A stretch of 64,000 bases of DNA from Longimicrobiales bacterium (GCA_963664435.2 CAXXKM010000001.1:1184001-1248000), one strand, 5' to 3'. Positions 18,590 to 30,090 are shown, counted from the first letter of the stretch. Notes: generated by a model not told the origin, from the letters alone. Numbers and translations: made by a program.

Positions 18590-21129
18590 ATGAGAGTATT
18601 CGCATCGATCGCGGTTGTGGCGGGCATCGGGATGGCGGCTGCCGGCACGGACGATTCCGGGCCCGTAACCTCGACGTTCCATCCCGGCGACGCGGATGGG
18701 ATCGCGCGAATCCTGGCGGACAACGCGTCAGGACCTGCCGGCGAGGCCCTCTCTCCAGCTCGGGCGGGGAACGCGTCCGGCGCCGCTCACCTGCCCGCAG
18801 CCACGCTCACCGAAGTCGTTCAGCGCTACTGCCAGGTCTGCCACAACGACGCGCTCCTCACCGGCAACATGTCCCTCGCCGGCTTCGACATCGACAACTT
18901 GGCCGCGCGCGCCGAGACCGTGGAGCGGATGATCCTCAAGCTGCGCGCGGGGATGATGCCCCCACCGGGGATGCCCCGCCCGGCCGGCGACACGCTCGAG
19001 CTGCTGGTCACCACGCTCGAGGATCGCATGGACGCCGCTTTCGCGGCGAACCCCAATCCCGGCGCCCGCTCCTTCCAGCGCCTGAACCGCGCCGAGTACG
19101 AACGCTCGGTCAAGGACCTGCTCGATCTCGACATCGACGCCGGCGAATACCTCCCGCTCGACACCAAGAGCGCGAACTTCGACAACATCGCCGACGCCCA
19201 GATGCTCTCGCCCACCCTGCTCGAAGCCTACCTGAACGGGGCCAGCGACATCGCACGGCTGGCGCTGGGCGACGCAGCCGCCACCGCGAGCGAGACCCAG
19301 TACCAGGTCTCCCGCTGGGCTTCGCAGACCGAGCGGGTCGAGGGCGCGCCCTACGGAACGCGCGGCGGCCTCAGCGTCGAACACAACTTCCCGGCCGACG
19401 GTGAATACGTCTTCCGCGTCTCCTTCCACCACGAAACCACCGGCACCCTGGTCGGCAACGGGCGCAACGCGCTCCACACCGACGAATCCCCGGAACAGCT
19501 CGAGATCTCCATCGACGGCGAGCGGGTGGCGGTCCTCGAACTCGACCGCTGGATGCACGTCTCCGACCCGGACGGCGTCAACATGCGCACCGAACCGGTG
19601 TTCGTGCGCTCCGGCAACCACCGGGTGACCGCCGCCTTCCTCAAGCACGCGGAAGGCCCGGTTCAGGACCTCATCTCCCCGCACGACTGGTCGCTCGCGA
19701 GCACCGCCATCGCCGGCACCTACGGGCTGCTGGCGCTGCCGCACCTGCGCGATCTGGTCATCGGCGGCCCCTTCAACCCCACCGGGGTGTCGGAGACCGC
19801 CAGCCGGCGGGCCATCTTCACCTGCCGGCCCACCGACCCCTCCGAAGAGACCGCCTGCGCGACCGAGATCATCTCCCGGCTGGGGCAGAAGGCGTTCCGG
19901 CGGCCGCTGGTCGACGAGGACATGACGGCGCTGATGGCGTTCTTCCGCACCGGCGCCGACGAGGGCGGTTTCGAGGCGGGTATCGGCACCGCGCTGGAAG
20001 CCATCCTCGCGAGCCCGCACTTCGTCTTCCGGTTCGAGGAGCCGCCTGCGAGCACGCGTGCCGACGGAGGCTACCGGATCCGCGACATCGACCTCGCCGC
20101 GCGCCTGTCCTTCTTCCTCTGGGGCACCTCCCCGGACGAGGAACTGATGGAGCTGGCGGTGGCAGACCGGCTGTCGGATCCGGCGGTGCTCGACGCCCAG
20201 GTGACGCGCATGCTGGCCGACCCGCGCGCCGAGGCGCTGGGCACGCGCTTCGCGGCGCAGTGGCTGCGTCTCCAGGATCTCGAAAAGATCAATCCCGACG
20301 TCCGCCTGCAGCCCGATTTCTACCAGCAGCTGCGCGAGTCGATGCACCGCGAGACCGAGCTCTTCTTCTACAATCTGGTTCGGGAGGACCGCAGCGTCTT
20401 CGACCTGTACAACGCCGACTACACCTTCGTGGACGAGCGGCTGGCGCGGCACTACGGCATCCCGGATGTCGCCGGCGACCACTTCCGCCAGGTTGAGTAC
20501 CCGGACGAGAACCGGCGTGGGCTTTTCGGCCACGGCAGCATTCTGACCCTCACCTCGCACGCCGGGCGCACCTCGCCGGTGCTGCGGGGCAAGTGGGTCA
20601 TGGAGGTGCTGCTCGGCACTCCGCCCCCCCCTCCGCCCCCGGGCGTACCCGATCTCGAGGAGACCGAGGAATCGGAGGGTGGCCGCATGCTCACCACCCG
20701 CGAGCGCATGGCAATGCACGCCGCCAACCCGGTGTGCAACGCCTGTCACCAGTTCATGGACCCGATCGGCCTCGCTCTCGACAACTTCGGGGTCTCCGGC
20801 AAGTGGCGCATTCGCGAAAACGGCATGCCGCTCGACACCCGGGGGACGTTCTACGACACGACGCCGGTCTCGAGTCCGACCGAGCTGCAGCAGGCACTGC
20901 TCAAGCGTCCGGAACCCCTGATCCGCACGTTCACCGCCAACCTGATGGCCTACGCTCTGGGACGGCGGGTCGAGTACTACGATCAGCCCGCATCCGGGCC
21001 ATCGTGCGCGAGGCAGAGCAACAGGACTACCGCATCTCGGCGTTCATCCGGGGCGTCATCGAAAGCGATGCCTTCCAGATGAGCGGACCCGAGCCCGCGG
21101 TCGCGGAAAGTCAGGGAGAGTCCCGATGA
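18590..21129 (+). CDS. Cassette 2 gene A: di-haem PSD/DUF1592 protein with a 1-nt frameshift near 20991 (as read, the frame ends at 21082)
   Basis: Same motifs as copy 1; after YYDQP the conserved tail IRAIVREAEQQDYRISAFIRGVIESDAF continues in another frame to the stop at 21129. Confidence 0.85.
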
Positions 21130-21233
21130 CGACAACCAGATGCTGCGCTCGCGATCACGAGCCACGCAGTCGGCCCCGGAGGGCCGTGCGATAAGACAGC
21201 TGACCGACAGTCATACCACGAGTGGAGACCTCG

Positions 21234-22655
21234 ATGCACTTCATTACCGGAAAGCACATCCCCCGGCGCACCTTCCTGCGGGGCGTGGGCGCCACCGTCG
21301 CGCTGCCCATGCTCGACGCCATGATCCCCGCGGGCCGCACCTGGTCGAGGGCGGCCCGCAACGACGATCCCACCCGGCTCATCGCCATCGAGATCGTCCA
21401 CGGGTCGGCCGGCGCCAACGAGTGGGGAGCCACCCAGAACCTCTGGTCTCCCGCCACCACGGGGAGCGACTTCGAGCTGGGCCCCAGTTCGCTCGCCCCC
21501 CTGGAGCGCTACCGCGACTACCTCACCATCTTCAGCAACACCGATGTCGCGAACGCCGAAGCCTACCAGCCCAAGGAGATCGGTGGTGACCACTTCCGGT
21601 CGAGCGCCGTCTTCCTCACGCAGGCCCACCCCAAGCAGACCGAAGCCTCGGATGTCTATGTCGGCACCTCGCTCGACCAGCTGCACGCGCAGCGCTTCGG
21701 GCAGGACACGCCGATCCCGTCCATGCAGCTCTGCATCGAAAACGTGGATCAGGCCGGCGGATGCGCCTACGGCTACGCATGCGTTTACACCGACACCATC
21801 AGCTGGGCCTCCCCGACCGAGCCGCTGCCGATGATCCGCGATCCGCGCATCGCCTTCGACCAGCTCTTCGGCGCGGGCGGGACCGCGGAGGAGCGAGCCG
21901 CCCGGCGCCGCACCAGCCGCAGCATCCTCGACTGGATCGCCCGCGACGTGGCCCGTCTGAAGCAGGAGCTCCGGCCCTCGGATCGGCAGCGCATCGACCA
22001 GTACCTGGAGAACGTGCGCGAGATCGAGCGCCGGATCGAGCGCATCGAGGCGCACAACAGCAGCGGCGAGGAGAGGGAGCTCCCCGAAGCCCCTGCCGGG
22101 GTCCCGGACTCCTTCACCGAGCACGTCGAAACCATGTTCGACCTGCAGGCGCTCGCCTTCGCCTCCGACATGACGCGCGTCTTCTCCTTCAAGCTGGGGC
22201 GGGACGCGTCTTCGCGGGTGTATCCCGAGAGCGGCACCGACAAGCCCTTCCACCCGGCGTCGCACCACGGCGGGAGCCCGGAGGGCGTTGTCGACTTCGC
22301 CACCATCAACAAGTACCACGTGAGCATGCTGCCCTACCTCATGGACCGCCTGCGCGAGAACATGGAAGGCGACACGCACCTGCTCGACAAGACCATGATC
22401 GTCTACGGCTCGCCCATGGCCGACGGGAACCTGCACAACCACCGCAGGTGCCCGCTGATCACGCTGGGCGGGGCCAACGGCAGGCTCCAGGGCAACCTGC
22501 ATCTGAAGGCTCCCGACGCCACGCCCATGGCCAACGTCATGCTGAGCCTTCTGCACGCGCTGGGACACGACGACATGACCAGTTTCGGCGACAGCACGAG
22601 CGCATTCCCCCTGGGGATGTCCGGCACAGCCGCCGCCCAAAGCAGCTCCCGATAG
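21234..22655 (+). CDS. Cassette 2 gene B: Tat-exported DUF1552 protein
   Basis: GGAG RBS; RRTFLRG; CAYGYACVY; HPASHH; GSPMADGNLHNHRRCP. Confidence 0.9.
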   Translation: MHFITGKHIPRRTFLRGVGATVALPMLDAMIPAGRTWSRAARNDDPTRLIAIEIVHGSAGANEWGATQNLWSPATTGSDFELGPSSLAPLERYRDYLTIFSNTDVANAEAYQPKEIGGDHFRSSAVFLTQAHPKQTEASDVYVGTSLDQLHAQRFGQDTPIPSMQLCIENVDQAGGCAYGYACVYTDTISWASPTEPLPMIRDPRIAFDQLFGAGGTAEERAARRRTSRSILDWIARDVARLKQELRPSDRQRIDQYLENVREIERRIERIEAHNSSGEERELPEAPAGVPDSFTEHVETMFDLQALAFASDMTRVFSFKLGRDASSRVYPESGTDKPFHPASHHGGSPEGVVDFATINKYHVSMLPYLMDRLRENMEGDTHLLDKTMIVYGSPMADGNLHNHRRCPLITLGGANGRLQGNLHLKAPDATPMANVMLSLLHALGHDDMTSFGDSTSAFPLGMSGTAAAQSSSR

Positions 22656-22683
22656 CGACCGCATCCCGATGGAGAGGAAGGCG

Positions 22684-24438
22684 ATGACACAGCTTCCGCG
22701 CACGATGGCCACGCTGACTCTGACCCTCCTGGTCCTGGCTGCCGCGCCGCCGCCGGACTCCCCCGTCGCCGACGCCGCCATGCGGGGCGACCTCGCGGGG
22801 GTTCGCGCGCTGATCAACCAGGGTGCCGACGTCAACGGTGCCCAGGGCGATGGCATGACCGCGCTGCACTGGGCGGCCGAGAACGGCAGCGCGGCCACCG
22901 CCGAACTGCTCCTCAGCGCCGGAGCGAACCTGTCCGCCGTCACCCGGCTGGGCGGCTACACCCCGTTGCACCTGGCCGCCAAGGCGGGAAGCGCGGAAGT
23001 CGTGAATGCGTTCCTGAACGCCGGAGCGGACCCGCGCGCCGCCACCACCACCGGGGGCGTCACCGCGCTGCACTTCGCCGCCGCCGCCGGCAGTGGGGAA
23101 GCGGTCAAGGCGCTGATCGACCACGGCGCCGACCCGAACGCGGTGGAATCCGCCTGGGGGCAGACGCCCCTCATGTTCGCGGCGGCGGCCGACCGCGCCG
23201 GAGCCATCCACGCCCTCATGGACGGCGGGGCGGATCCCTCCGTCACCGCCCGCGTGATCGACATCGCGGCTCGCGACAATGAGGACCGGGAGGCGCAGCG
23301 CCGCCGCGACGAGCGGGTTGCGGCCCTCCAGCAGCTGCAGGGCGGGAGCGGTGGCGGGCGCCCGGCCCAGCCCGATCCCACGGTCAGCACCCTCCTGAAC
23401 CCGGACGAGCCGCCGCCGTCGCTGGCGCGTGACCGCAACCGGACCGTGCCCCAGCCGCTCTCCCACGCGGACCTGGTCGGACACTACGGCGGGCTGACCG
23501 CGCTGCTGATGGCCGTGCGCGACGGCCGGCGCGCCGCCGCCGAGGCACTCCTGGACCGGGGCGCCGACATCGACCGGGTGAGCGCCGGAGACCAGACCAG
23601 CCCGCTACTCATGGCAACCCTGAACGGGCACTTCGACCTGGCCAGAGTCCTTTTCGACCGCGGCGCCGACATCACCCTGGCGAGCGACGCGGGAGCGACC
23701 CCGCTGTACGCAGTACTCAACACCCAGTGGATCCCCAAGTCACGGCATCCGCAGCCGACCGACTACTCGCAGCAGGAGACCAGCTACCTGGAGTTGATGG
23801 AGACTCTCCTCGAGGCTGGCGCGGACCCCAACGTGCGCCTCCACAAGACCCTGTGGTACACGGAGTTCGGCCGCAGCTTCCTGAGCGTCGACCGGATGGG
23901 CGCGACGCCCTTCTGGCGCGCGGCGTTCGCGCTGGACGTCACGGCCATGAAGCTGCTGGTCGCGCACGGGGCCGATCCCCACATCCCCACGGTAAACGCC
24001 CCGCGGCGCTTCCGCCGCGGCGGCCGTACCGACATGTCCGGGCTGCCCCCTGTCCCGATCGGCGGACCGGGTTCCTGGCCCATCCACGCGGCGTCGGGCA
24101 TCACCTACGGCGAAGGCTTCGCCGCCAATGTGCACCGCCACGTGCCCGAGGCGTGGGTTCCCGCCGTACGCTATCTGGTCGAGGAACTGGGCGTCGACGT
24201 AAACGCCCGCGACCGCAACGGCTACAACGCCGTGCACCACGCCGCCGCCCGGGGCGACAACGAGTTGATCCTGTACCTGGTCAGCCAGGGCGCCGACGTC
24301 ACCGCCGTGAGCCGGAGCGGCCAGACCACCGCCGACATGGCAAACGGCCCGGTGCAGCGCATCCTGCCCTTCCCGGAGACGGTCGAACTGCTCGAGTCGC
24401 TCGGATCCCACAACAACAACAACTGTGTAGCCTGCTGA
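22684..24438 (+). CDS. Cassette 2 gene C: secreted ankyrin-repeat protein
   Basis: Signal peptide, PPDSPVADAAMRGD, ankyrin repeats, ends NNNNCVAC*. Confidence 0.9.
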   Translation: MTQLPRTMATLTLTLLVLAAAPPPDSPVADAAMRGDLAGVRALINQGADVNGAQGDGMTALHWAAENGSAATAELLLSAGANLSAVTRLGGYTPLHLAAKAGSAEVVNAFLNAGADPRAATTTGGVTALHFAAAAGSGEAVKALIDHGADPNAVESAWGQTPLMFAAAADRAGAIHALMDGGADPSVTARVIDIAARDNEDREAQRRRDERVAALQQLQGGSGGGRPAQPDPTVSTLLNPDEPPPSLARDRNRTVPQPLSHADLVGHYGGLTALLMAVRDGRRAAAEALLDRGADIDRVSAGDQTSPLLMATLNGHFDLARVLFDRGADITLASDAGATPLYAVLNTQWIPKSRHPQPTDYSQQETSYLELMETLLEAGADPNVRLHKTLWYTEFGRSFLSVDRMGATPFWRAAFALDVTAMKLLVAHGADPHIPTVNAPRRFRRGGRTDMSGLPPVPIGGPGSWPIHAASGITYGEGFAANVHRHVPEAWVPAVRYLVEELGVDVNARDRNGYNAVHHAAARGDNELILYLVSQGADVTAVSRSGQTTADMANGPVQRILPFPETVELLESLGSHNNNNCVAC

Positions 24439-24491
24439 CCCCGGGGGAGTCCGACTGAAGGGTCTTCAGACACCGCAGAAGGAGCAATCTC

Positions 24492-25001
24492 ATGAGTGAA
24501 GCCACGTATGTCCTGCGCCCTTGCCTCAAGCTCACGGCCATGTCGGTGCTTCTCCTCGCCGTCGGAGGGTGCTTCTCCTACTCGACGGTGCCGCTGGAGA
24601 CGATCGCGCCCGACCAGCAGGCACGCCTTGTCCTCGACCAGGAGGCCTTCGGTCGCGTGATGAACCAGGCGGCCAGGGAAGGGTTCCCGGTCCAGATGAT
24701 GAACCTTTCCGGCAACCGCATCAGCGGCCGCGTGGCGGGCGTTTCGTCCGACGCGCTCACCATCCAGTTGCGTGGCGCCGGCGCGTCGGTGTTGAGCACC
24801 CAGGTGGCAACCGGCGCGATTCAGGAAGTCGCGGTCCGGCAGTTCGACCGCACCAACACCATCATCACCGTTGGCGGGAGCGTGGCCGCTTTTTCACTCA
24901 TGATCCAGGGCGGCGTGTTTCCGGGCGGCACGCAGGGCACCGATGACGTGGATCCGGAAAACATGATCGGCTTGCGTCTCTTTTCCATCTCCGTGCCTTG
25001 A
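24492..25001 (+). CDS. Hypothetical lipoprotein
   Basis: RBS AAGGAG; lipobox VGGC-FSY; late hydrophobic helix; similar to 13800-14309. Confidence 0.7.
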   Translation: MSEATYVLRPCLKLTAMSVLLLAVGGCFSYSTVPLETIAPDQQARLVLDQEAFGRVMNQAAREGFPVQMMNLSGNRISGRVAGVSSDALTIQLRGAGASVLSTQVATGAIQEVAVRQFDRTNTIITVGGSVAAFSLMIQGGVFPGGTQGTDDVDPENMIGLRLFSISVP

Positions 25002-25239
25002 CGACAACCTGCGGTCTGGCCACGCGGCGTTGTGTCTGACCGGCCGCGCTGCACGACGAAAAGGTCACCCCTTGCGCGTCACGCGAAGGGACTTCATTCT
25101 GATCGGGTTGCGCCCGGACGCTGGGCAGGATTGTCTGTGCCTTACGAGTGCGGACTCGTTTCCTGGCCGGTTCCGGAGGGGGGGGTTGAGGGGATTTTAA
25201 ACCGGTGGCGGGAACGCCACCACAGAGGAGGAGCGTGTT

Positions 25240-28200
25240 ATGCGAGTCATCCGGCTACTAACCCTTACTCTGCTGCTCGGGGCTTCGTCGTGGTCGTTCG
25301 CGGAGGCTCAGGTGCCCGCGAACAGCGATGTCGGTGCCCAAGCGGTGGACCAGGCCGCCAGATCCCTTGGCGACGCCTTGGGAATCCGCGTGACGGAGGC
25401 GACTCCGTTCGTGGGTTCGCTGACCGGACTGGTGACCGACGCCGGCTCCGGTCGTCCGTTGTCCGCGGCTCAGGTGTTCATCGACGGCACCGGCCTCGGC
25501 GGTCTCACCAACGCCTCCGGACGGTACCTCATCATCAACGTCCCGGCGGGCACCCACACGCTGCGCGTTGAGCTGATCGGGTACACCGCGGCGGCGCAGG
25601 AAGTGACCGTGGCCGACGATCAGGCTACGACGGCCGACTTCGGGCTGAACGAAGAGGTCATCGACTTCGACGAGATCGTCGTCACCGGGACCGCGGGGCA
25701 GGCCCGCCGCCGCGAAGTCGGCAACGCGATCGAGCAGATCAACATCTCCGAGGTCGCAGAGCCCGTGAACGATGTTGGAGCCTTGCTCCAGGCGCGCGTT
25801 CCGGGTGCTCGCATTCAGTTCGGTTCGGGCAACTCCGGGTCCGGGGTCGACATCCGCCTGCGCGGGAACGTGAGCACCGCGCTCAGCAACCAGCCGATCA
25901 TCTACATCGACGGCATGCGCGCCAAGAGCGAGCCCACCTCCAGTGAGAATGGAGCGGAGGACCCCTACAGCCCCCTCGCCGATATCAACCCCGACGACAT
26001 CGATCGCATCGAGGTCATCAAGGGTCCCGCGGCGACCACGCTGTACGGAACCGAGGCGGCCGCCGGCGTAATCCAGATCTTCACCAAGCAGGGCGGCCAG
26101 GGCGCTCCGCAGTGGACCGCGGAAGTGCAGCAGGGATTCTCCTACTTCCGTCCTTTCGGCACCGCCGAGGTGCCCCACATGTTCCTCCATCCTGTCTTCC
26201 GGAACGGCCACCGCCAGCGCTATTCCATGCAGGTTCGGGGCGGCACCGGCGATGTCGGATACTTCGTGTCGGCCGCCTGGAACGACAATATCGGAGCGGT
26301 GGAGACGGACAGCGAACAGAAGCTGAACCTCCGCGCGAACACGACGTTCCGTCCCCATGAGGACGTACTGATTCAGTTCAACAACACGTTGACGCGCACG
26401 GACTTGACGCAGGCGCAGATGGGGAACTCGGTTACCTCCATCATGATGACCGCCATCCGGGGGCCGCGGAGCTACATGCCCGGCTTCTCAAACACCGGGC
26501 GCGACTATGAGACGCTCAGCCTCCTGTTGAGCGAGGATTACAGGAACCAGATCACACGCGCGGTCAGCGGTCTTACAGTCAACTACACGCCGGGCGCGGA
26601 TTTCACCCACCGTCTCACGCTCGGCTATGACTACTCCCAGGACGATCATTTCAACGATCAGCAGCACTGCTGGCTCTGCCCCATCGGTCGTTACGGCGAT
26701 TTCTCCGACTACATAGCGGGCGGAGAGCAGCGCCGCGGCATGTCCCAGAACACGGTGGTCAGCTTCGACTACATCGGCACCTGGGGGTTCGACCTGAGCA
26801 GCAACATCCGCAGCACGCTGTCCTTCGGCGCACAGGGAGTTGAGAACGAGATCGAGAACTCCGAGTATGTGGTTCGCCACTACCCGGGCCCCGGCGACTT
26901 CACCCTGCAGACGGGTGCAACGAGGCAGGATGTCGACCACAACCGCCTCCGCATCATCACGGGCGGCTTCTTCATGCAGGACCAGATCGGCATCTCCGAC
27001 AAGTACTTCCTGACGGTCGGCGCTCGCGTTGATGGAAACAGCGCCTTCGGTGAGCAAGTCGGTTTTGCGCTCTTCGGCGATGATTTCCGCTTTGATATCT
27101 ATCCGAAGATCAGCGGCTCCTACGTGGTCTCCGATGAGGAGTTCTGGCCTGAAGCGTTCGGCCAGGTGAAGTTCCGCGGCGCCTACGGCCTCGCGGGCCG
27201 GGCACCCGGCGCCTTCGACAAGGTGCGAACGTGGAATCCCGTCGGGATGGGACCGGGCGGTCAGGCCTACTACCCTCAAAACCGCGGCAACGACGCACTT
27301 GGCCCGGAGAGGACCATCGAATACGAGTTCGGGATGGACGGCGCGTGGTTGGGCGGACGCTTCAACGCCGAAGTGACGTACTATCAGCAAAAGACCACTG
27401 ACGCTCTCTTCCGCGTGGCGAGCCCTCAGAGCGAAGGCGGCTGGGGTTCCCAGCTCCAGAACGTCGGGGAGTTCGAGAACAAAGGCATCGAAATCCAGAC
27501 CAACACGACCGTCCTCGACACCCGTTCCCTTCGTTGGGACATCGGATTGGGACTCGCCACCAACCACAGTAAAGTGCTGGACCTCGGCAGTGCGGCACAG
27601 TTCTCCGTCGGTGAGTATGGCTGGGTCATCGAGGATCAGCCCGTACCGGTGATCTACGGCCAGCGCGTCATGAACCACAACGAGCTGGCGGATCCAATTT
27701 ATTCGGACGGCCGCACTCTTTACGGTCCGGCGAATCCCCCCTACATGTTCACGGGGAGCATGTCCTTTGACCTTCCGGGCGGACTGAATCTCTCCGCCCG
27801 TGGCGAGTACCTGCGAGGAGGATGGATCTCCAACTACTTCGAGACCGGCGCGACCTGGCGCACCATCTCTCATCCGAAATGCTACGATGCATACCGCAAG
27901 GTGGAGCCCGGTTGGACCAACGGCGGCGAGTTCGGAGAGGCTCCGCCCCCGTCATATCCCGCGAGCCGTCCCGCCGACATGTACGCCTGGGAGGTGGCAC
28001 AGTGCTTCGGTCTGGCCACCAACGAGCACGGCGTATCGGAATCGGACTTCGCCGAGTTGCGTGACGTCACGCTCTCGATTCCGGTCTCGAACCTGCTTCC
28101 GTCGCTCACGACCTGGGCCAGCCGCGCCGACTTGGTCATTTCAGGACGCAACGTCGCGTTCTGGACCCACAAGAACCTGGTGACGGGGCATCCCGAGCAG

Positions 28201-28320
28201 AACGAGAACGGGATTGGCACAACCGATTCGGGCGAGTTCCGGCACGATCTGGTCAAGGGCATTGACGAGACACTTCCACCGGTCTCCTACTTCACGGTTT
28301 CCCTGCGCGCCATCTTCTAG
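25240..28320 (+). CDS. SusC/RagA-like TonB-dependent receptor
   Basis: RBS GAGGAG; signal peptide; DEIVVTGTAGQARRREVG; DINPDDIDRIEVIKGPAATTLYGTEAAAGVIQIFTK; terminal Phe. Confidence 0.9.
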   Translation: MRVIRLLTLTLLLGASSWSFAEAQVPANSDVGAQAVDQAARSLGDALGIRVTEATPFVGSLTGLVTDAGSGRPLSAAQVFIDGTGLGGLTNASGRYLIINVPAGTHTLRVELIGYTAAAQEVTVADDQATTADFGLNEEVIDFDEIVVTGTAGQARRREVGNAIEQINISEVAEPVNDVGALLQARVPGARIQFGSGNSGSGVDIRLRGNVSTALSNQPIIYIDGMRAKSEPTSSENGAEDPYSPLADINPDDIDRIEVIKGPAATTLYGTEAAAGVIQIFTKQGGQGAPQWTAEVQQGFSYFRPFGTAEVPHMFLHPVFRNGHRQRYSMQVRGGTGDVGYFVSAAWNDNIGAVETDSEQKLNLRANTTFRPHEDVLIQFNNTLTRTDLTQAQMGNSVTSIMMTAIRGPRSYMPGFSNTGRDYETLSLLLSEDYRNQITRAVSGLTVNYTPGADFTHRLTLGYDYSQDDHFNDQQHCWLCPIGRYGDFSDYIAGGEQRRGMSQNTVVSFDYIGTWGFDLSSNIRSTLSFGAQGVENEIENSEYVVRHYPGPGDFTLQTGATRQDVDHNRLRIITGGFFMQDQIGISDKYFLTVGARVDGNSAFGEQVGFALFGDDFRFDIYPKISGSYVVSDEEFWPEAFGQVKFRGAYGLAGRAPGAFDKVRTWNPVGMGPGGQAYYPQNRGNDALGPERTIEYEFGMDGAWLGGRFNAEVTYYQQKTTDALFRVASPQSEGGWGSQLQNVGEFENKGIEIQTNTTVLDTRSLRWDIGLGLATNHSKVLDLGSAAQFSVGEYGWVIEDQPVPVIYGQRVMNHNELADPIYSDGRTLYGPANPPYMFTGSMSFDLPGGLNLSARGEYLRGGWISNYFETGATWRTISHPKCYDAYRKVEPGWTNGGEFGEAPPPSYPASRPADMYAWEVAQCFGLATNEHGVSESDFAELRDVTLSIPVSNLLPSLTTWASRADLVISGRNVAFWTHKNLVTGHPEQNENGIGTTDSGEFRHDLVKGIDETLPPVSYFTVSLRAIF

Positions 28321-28329
28321 AACGTTCCC

Positions 28330-28378
28330 GCGGCGTCCGGGCTCCACCGCCTCGGCGGTTGCGTGAGCCCGGCGCCGC
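28330..28378 (+). promoter_or_regulatory. GC-rich intercistronic stem-loop between SusC2 and SusD2
   Basis: GCGGCG.CCGGGCTC...GAGCCCGG.CGCCGC inverted repeat with inner ACCGCC/GGCGGT; no U-tract. Confidence 0.5.
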
Positions 28379-28443
28379 AAGAACGGAGGATGTGCAAGTA
28401 AGGAAGAGTCGAGGACTCCGGAATCAAGGAGAAGTTTACGACG

Positions 28444-30090
28444 ATGAATGCGAAACTATTCATGAAGAGAATCATGGCGACCGGCACACTCGCTGGTGTC
28501 GTTTCTCTCGCCGCGTGTGATCTGGCGGTTTCCAACCCCGGGCCGGTGCAGGACGCGACGCTCAACCTCGAAGGCGCGTACCAGGGCATCGTGAACGGTG
28601 CCGTGCGGAGTGTCCAGGAGGGGTTCGACCAGTACGCGCTCCTGGGTGGGTCCATCGTGCACGATCTCATGCCGAGCGGGCACACCGGGGCAGCGGGCGT
28701 GCAGGTAGTCGAGGAAATCGCCGTCCTTACCGCTGAGAACAATGGAGCCGGTGGTGACTGGGGATCCCTCCACCGAGGTCGATGGATCGCCGAAGAGGCG
28801 GTTCGCCGCTTCACGGATCCCGAGGCGGAGACCCCTGGGTCGACTAGCCTGGTCGCCCAGGCGCACTTCTGGGCCGGCGCTGCGACAAGATACCTGGGCG
28901 AGAATGCCTGCACGGCCGTCTTTGATGGTGGTGCGCCAGAGCCCAAGCTGTCGCATTTCGATTACGCGATCAACCACTTCGATCAAGCGGTCTCGGTCGG
29001 CAACTCTGCTGGCGAGAGTACCCTCGTCACTGCCGCCATCGGCATGCGGGCAGCAGCGAAGCTGTTCAAGGGCGATTATAGTGGTGCCGCCGCCGATGCG
29101 AACCAGGTTCCGTTTGATTTTGTATTCCAGACGAGCTATACGGGGTTCGGCAACGAGTATTACGTGCTGTACGGCCACGTCCTTTCAGAGGGCTTCCAAT
29201 CCCTCTCGTATTGGGGCACTCCGGCGGGCGAACACTTCCTGCTGACGGGTGACTCGCGCGTGGCCTGGGGTTACGACAACGGGTCCCGGGAGGTCCGGGA
29301 GGGTTTGAGTCACGCCGACCGTGCTCAGAATCACCCGGCTCGCCCCACGTGGACGGCTCTCGTCCCCATGTTCTATCCTCTCAAGGGAATCGCGCCCCGT
29401 GACGCGAGTCGGGAGTTTCTCTTCTTCGAGCCCGACCGCGCCCAGCAGCGCGAGACACTGCAGGTCGATCTGATCGATGGCCGCGAAATGGAACTGATCA
29501 AAGCCGAGGTCGAGCTGCGCAACGGGAACTGGCAGGCCGCCATGGCGCACATCAACAACGTGCGCACCACCACGCCGGTCTATCCCATCGACATGACGGA
29601 TCCGAACAAGTTCGACCTGAAGCTGCATCCTCAGGAGCAGACGGACTGGGACGACAACCCGGAACTGGCCGCGTACTTCAATCAATTCGAATACGAATTG
29701 AAGGACTTCACCGAAGGCGCGATGATGGAGCCGATGGCCAACATGATGCTCGGTGACCGGATGATGGAGCCGGTTCATGCCATGAGCGCCGAAGAGGCGT
29801 GGGCTGCACTCAAGTTCGAACGGCTCATCGAGTTGACGCTGGAGGGCCGCCGTCTTGGCGATCGTTGGCGCTGGCGGAGAAACTCCGAGCCAGTGGCACC
29901 CTCATCCGGGCCTGGAGGCGAAGACACGCCGGGCGAATATCACCGGTTGGAGTTCATTCCACCGTCGCATGCGGCGCGGTACAACGTGCCGACCGACCCG
30001 CTAAACCTGTGCTTCCCGCTGCCTGTGGCGGAGAACGACACCAACGACAACGTTCCCGAGGACTACCGGGACTGGGTACCCAGGCCGTAG
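28444..30090 (+). CDS. SusD/RagB-like lipoprotein with insertions
   Basis: Lipobox LAAC-DLAVSNPGPVQD; ELIKAE, HINNVR, ERLIELTLEGRRLGDRWRW, CFPLPVAENDTN. Confidence 0.85.
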   Translation: MNAKLFMKRIMATGTLAGVVSLAACDLAVSNPGPVQDATLNLEGAYQGIVNGAVRSVQEGFDQYALLGGSIVHDLMPSGHTGAAGVQVVEEIAVLTAENNGAGGDWGSLHRGRWIAEEAVRRFTDPEAETPGSTSLVAQAHFWAGAATRYLGENACTAVFDGGAPEPKLSHFDYAINHFDQAVSVGNSAGESTLVTAAIGMRAAAKLFKGDYSGAAADANQVPFDFVFQTSYTGFGNEYYVLYGHVLSEGFQSLSYWGTPAGEHFLLTGDSRVAWGYDNGSREVREGLSHADRAQNHPARPTWTALVPMFYPLKGIAPRDASREFLFFEPDRAQQRETLQVDLIDGREMELIKAEVELRNGNWQAAMAHINNVRTTTPVYPIDMTDPNKFDLKLHPQEQTDWDDNPELAAYFNQFEYELKDFTEGAMMEPMANMMLGDRMMEPVHAMSAEEAWAALKFERLIELTLEGRRLGDRWRWRRNSEPVAPSSGPGGEDTPGEYHRLEFIPPSHAARYNVPTDPLNLCFPLPVAENDTNDNVPEDYRDWVPRP

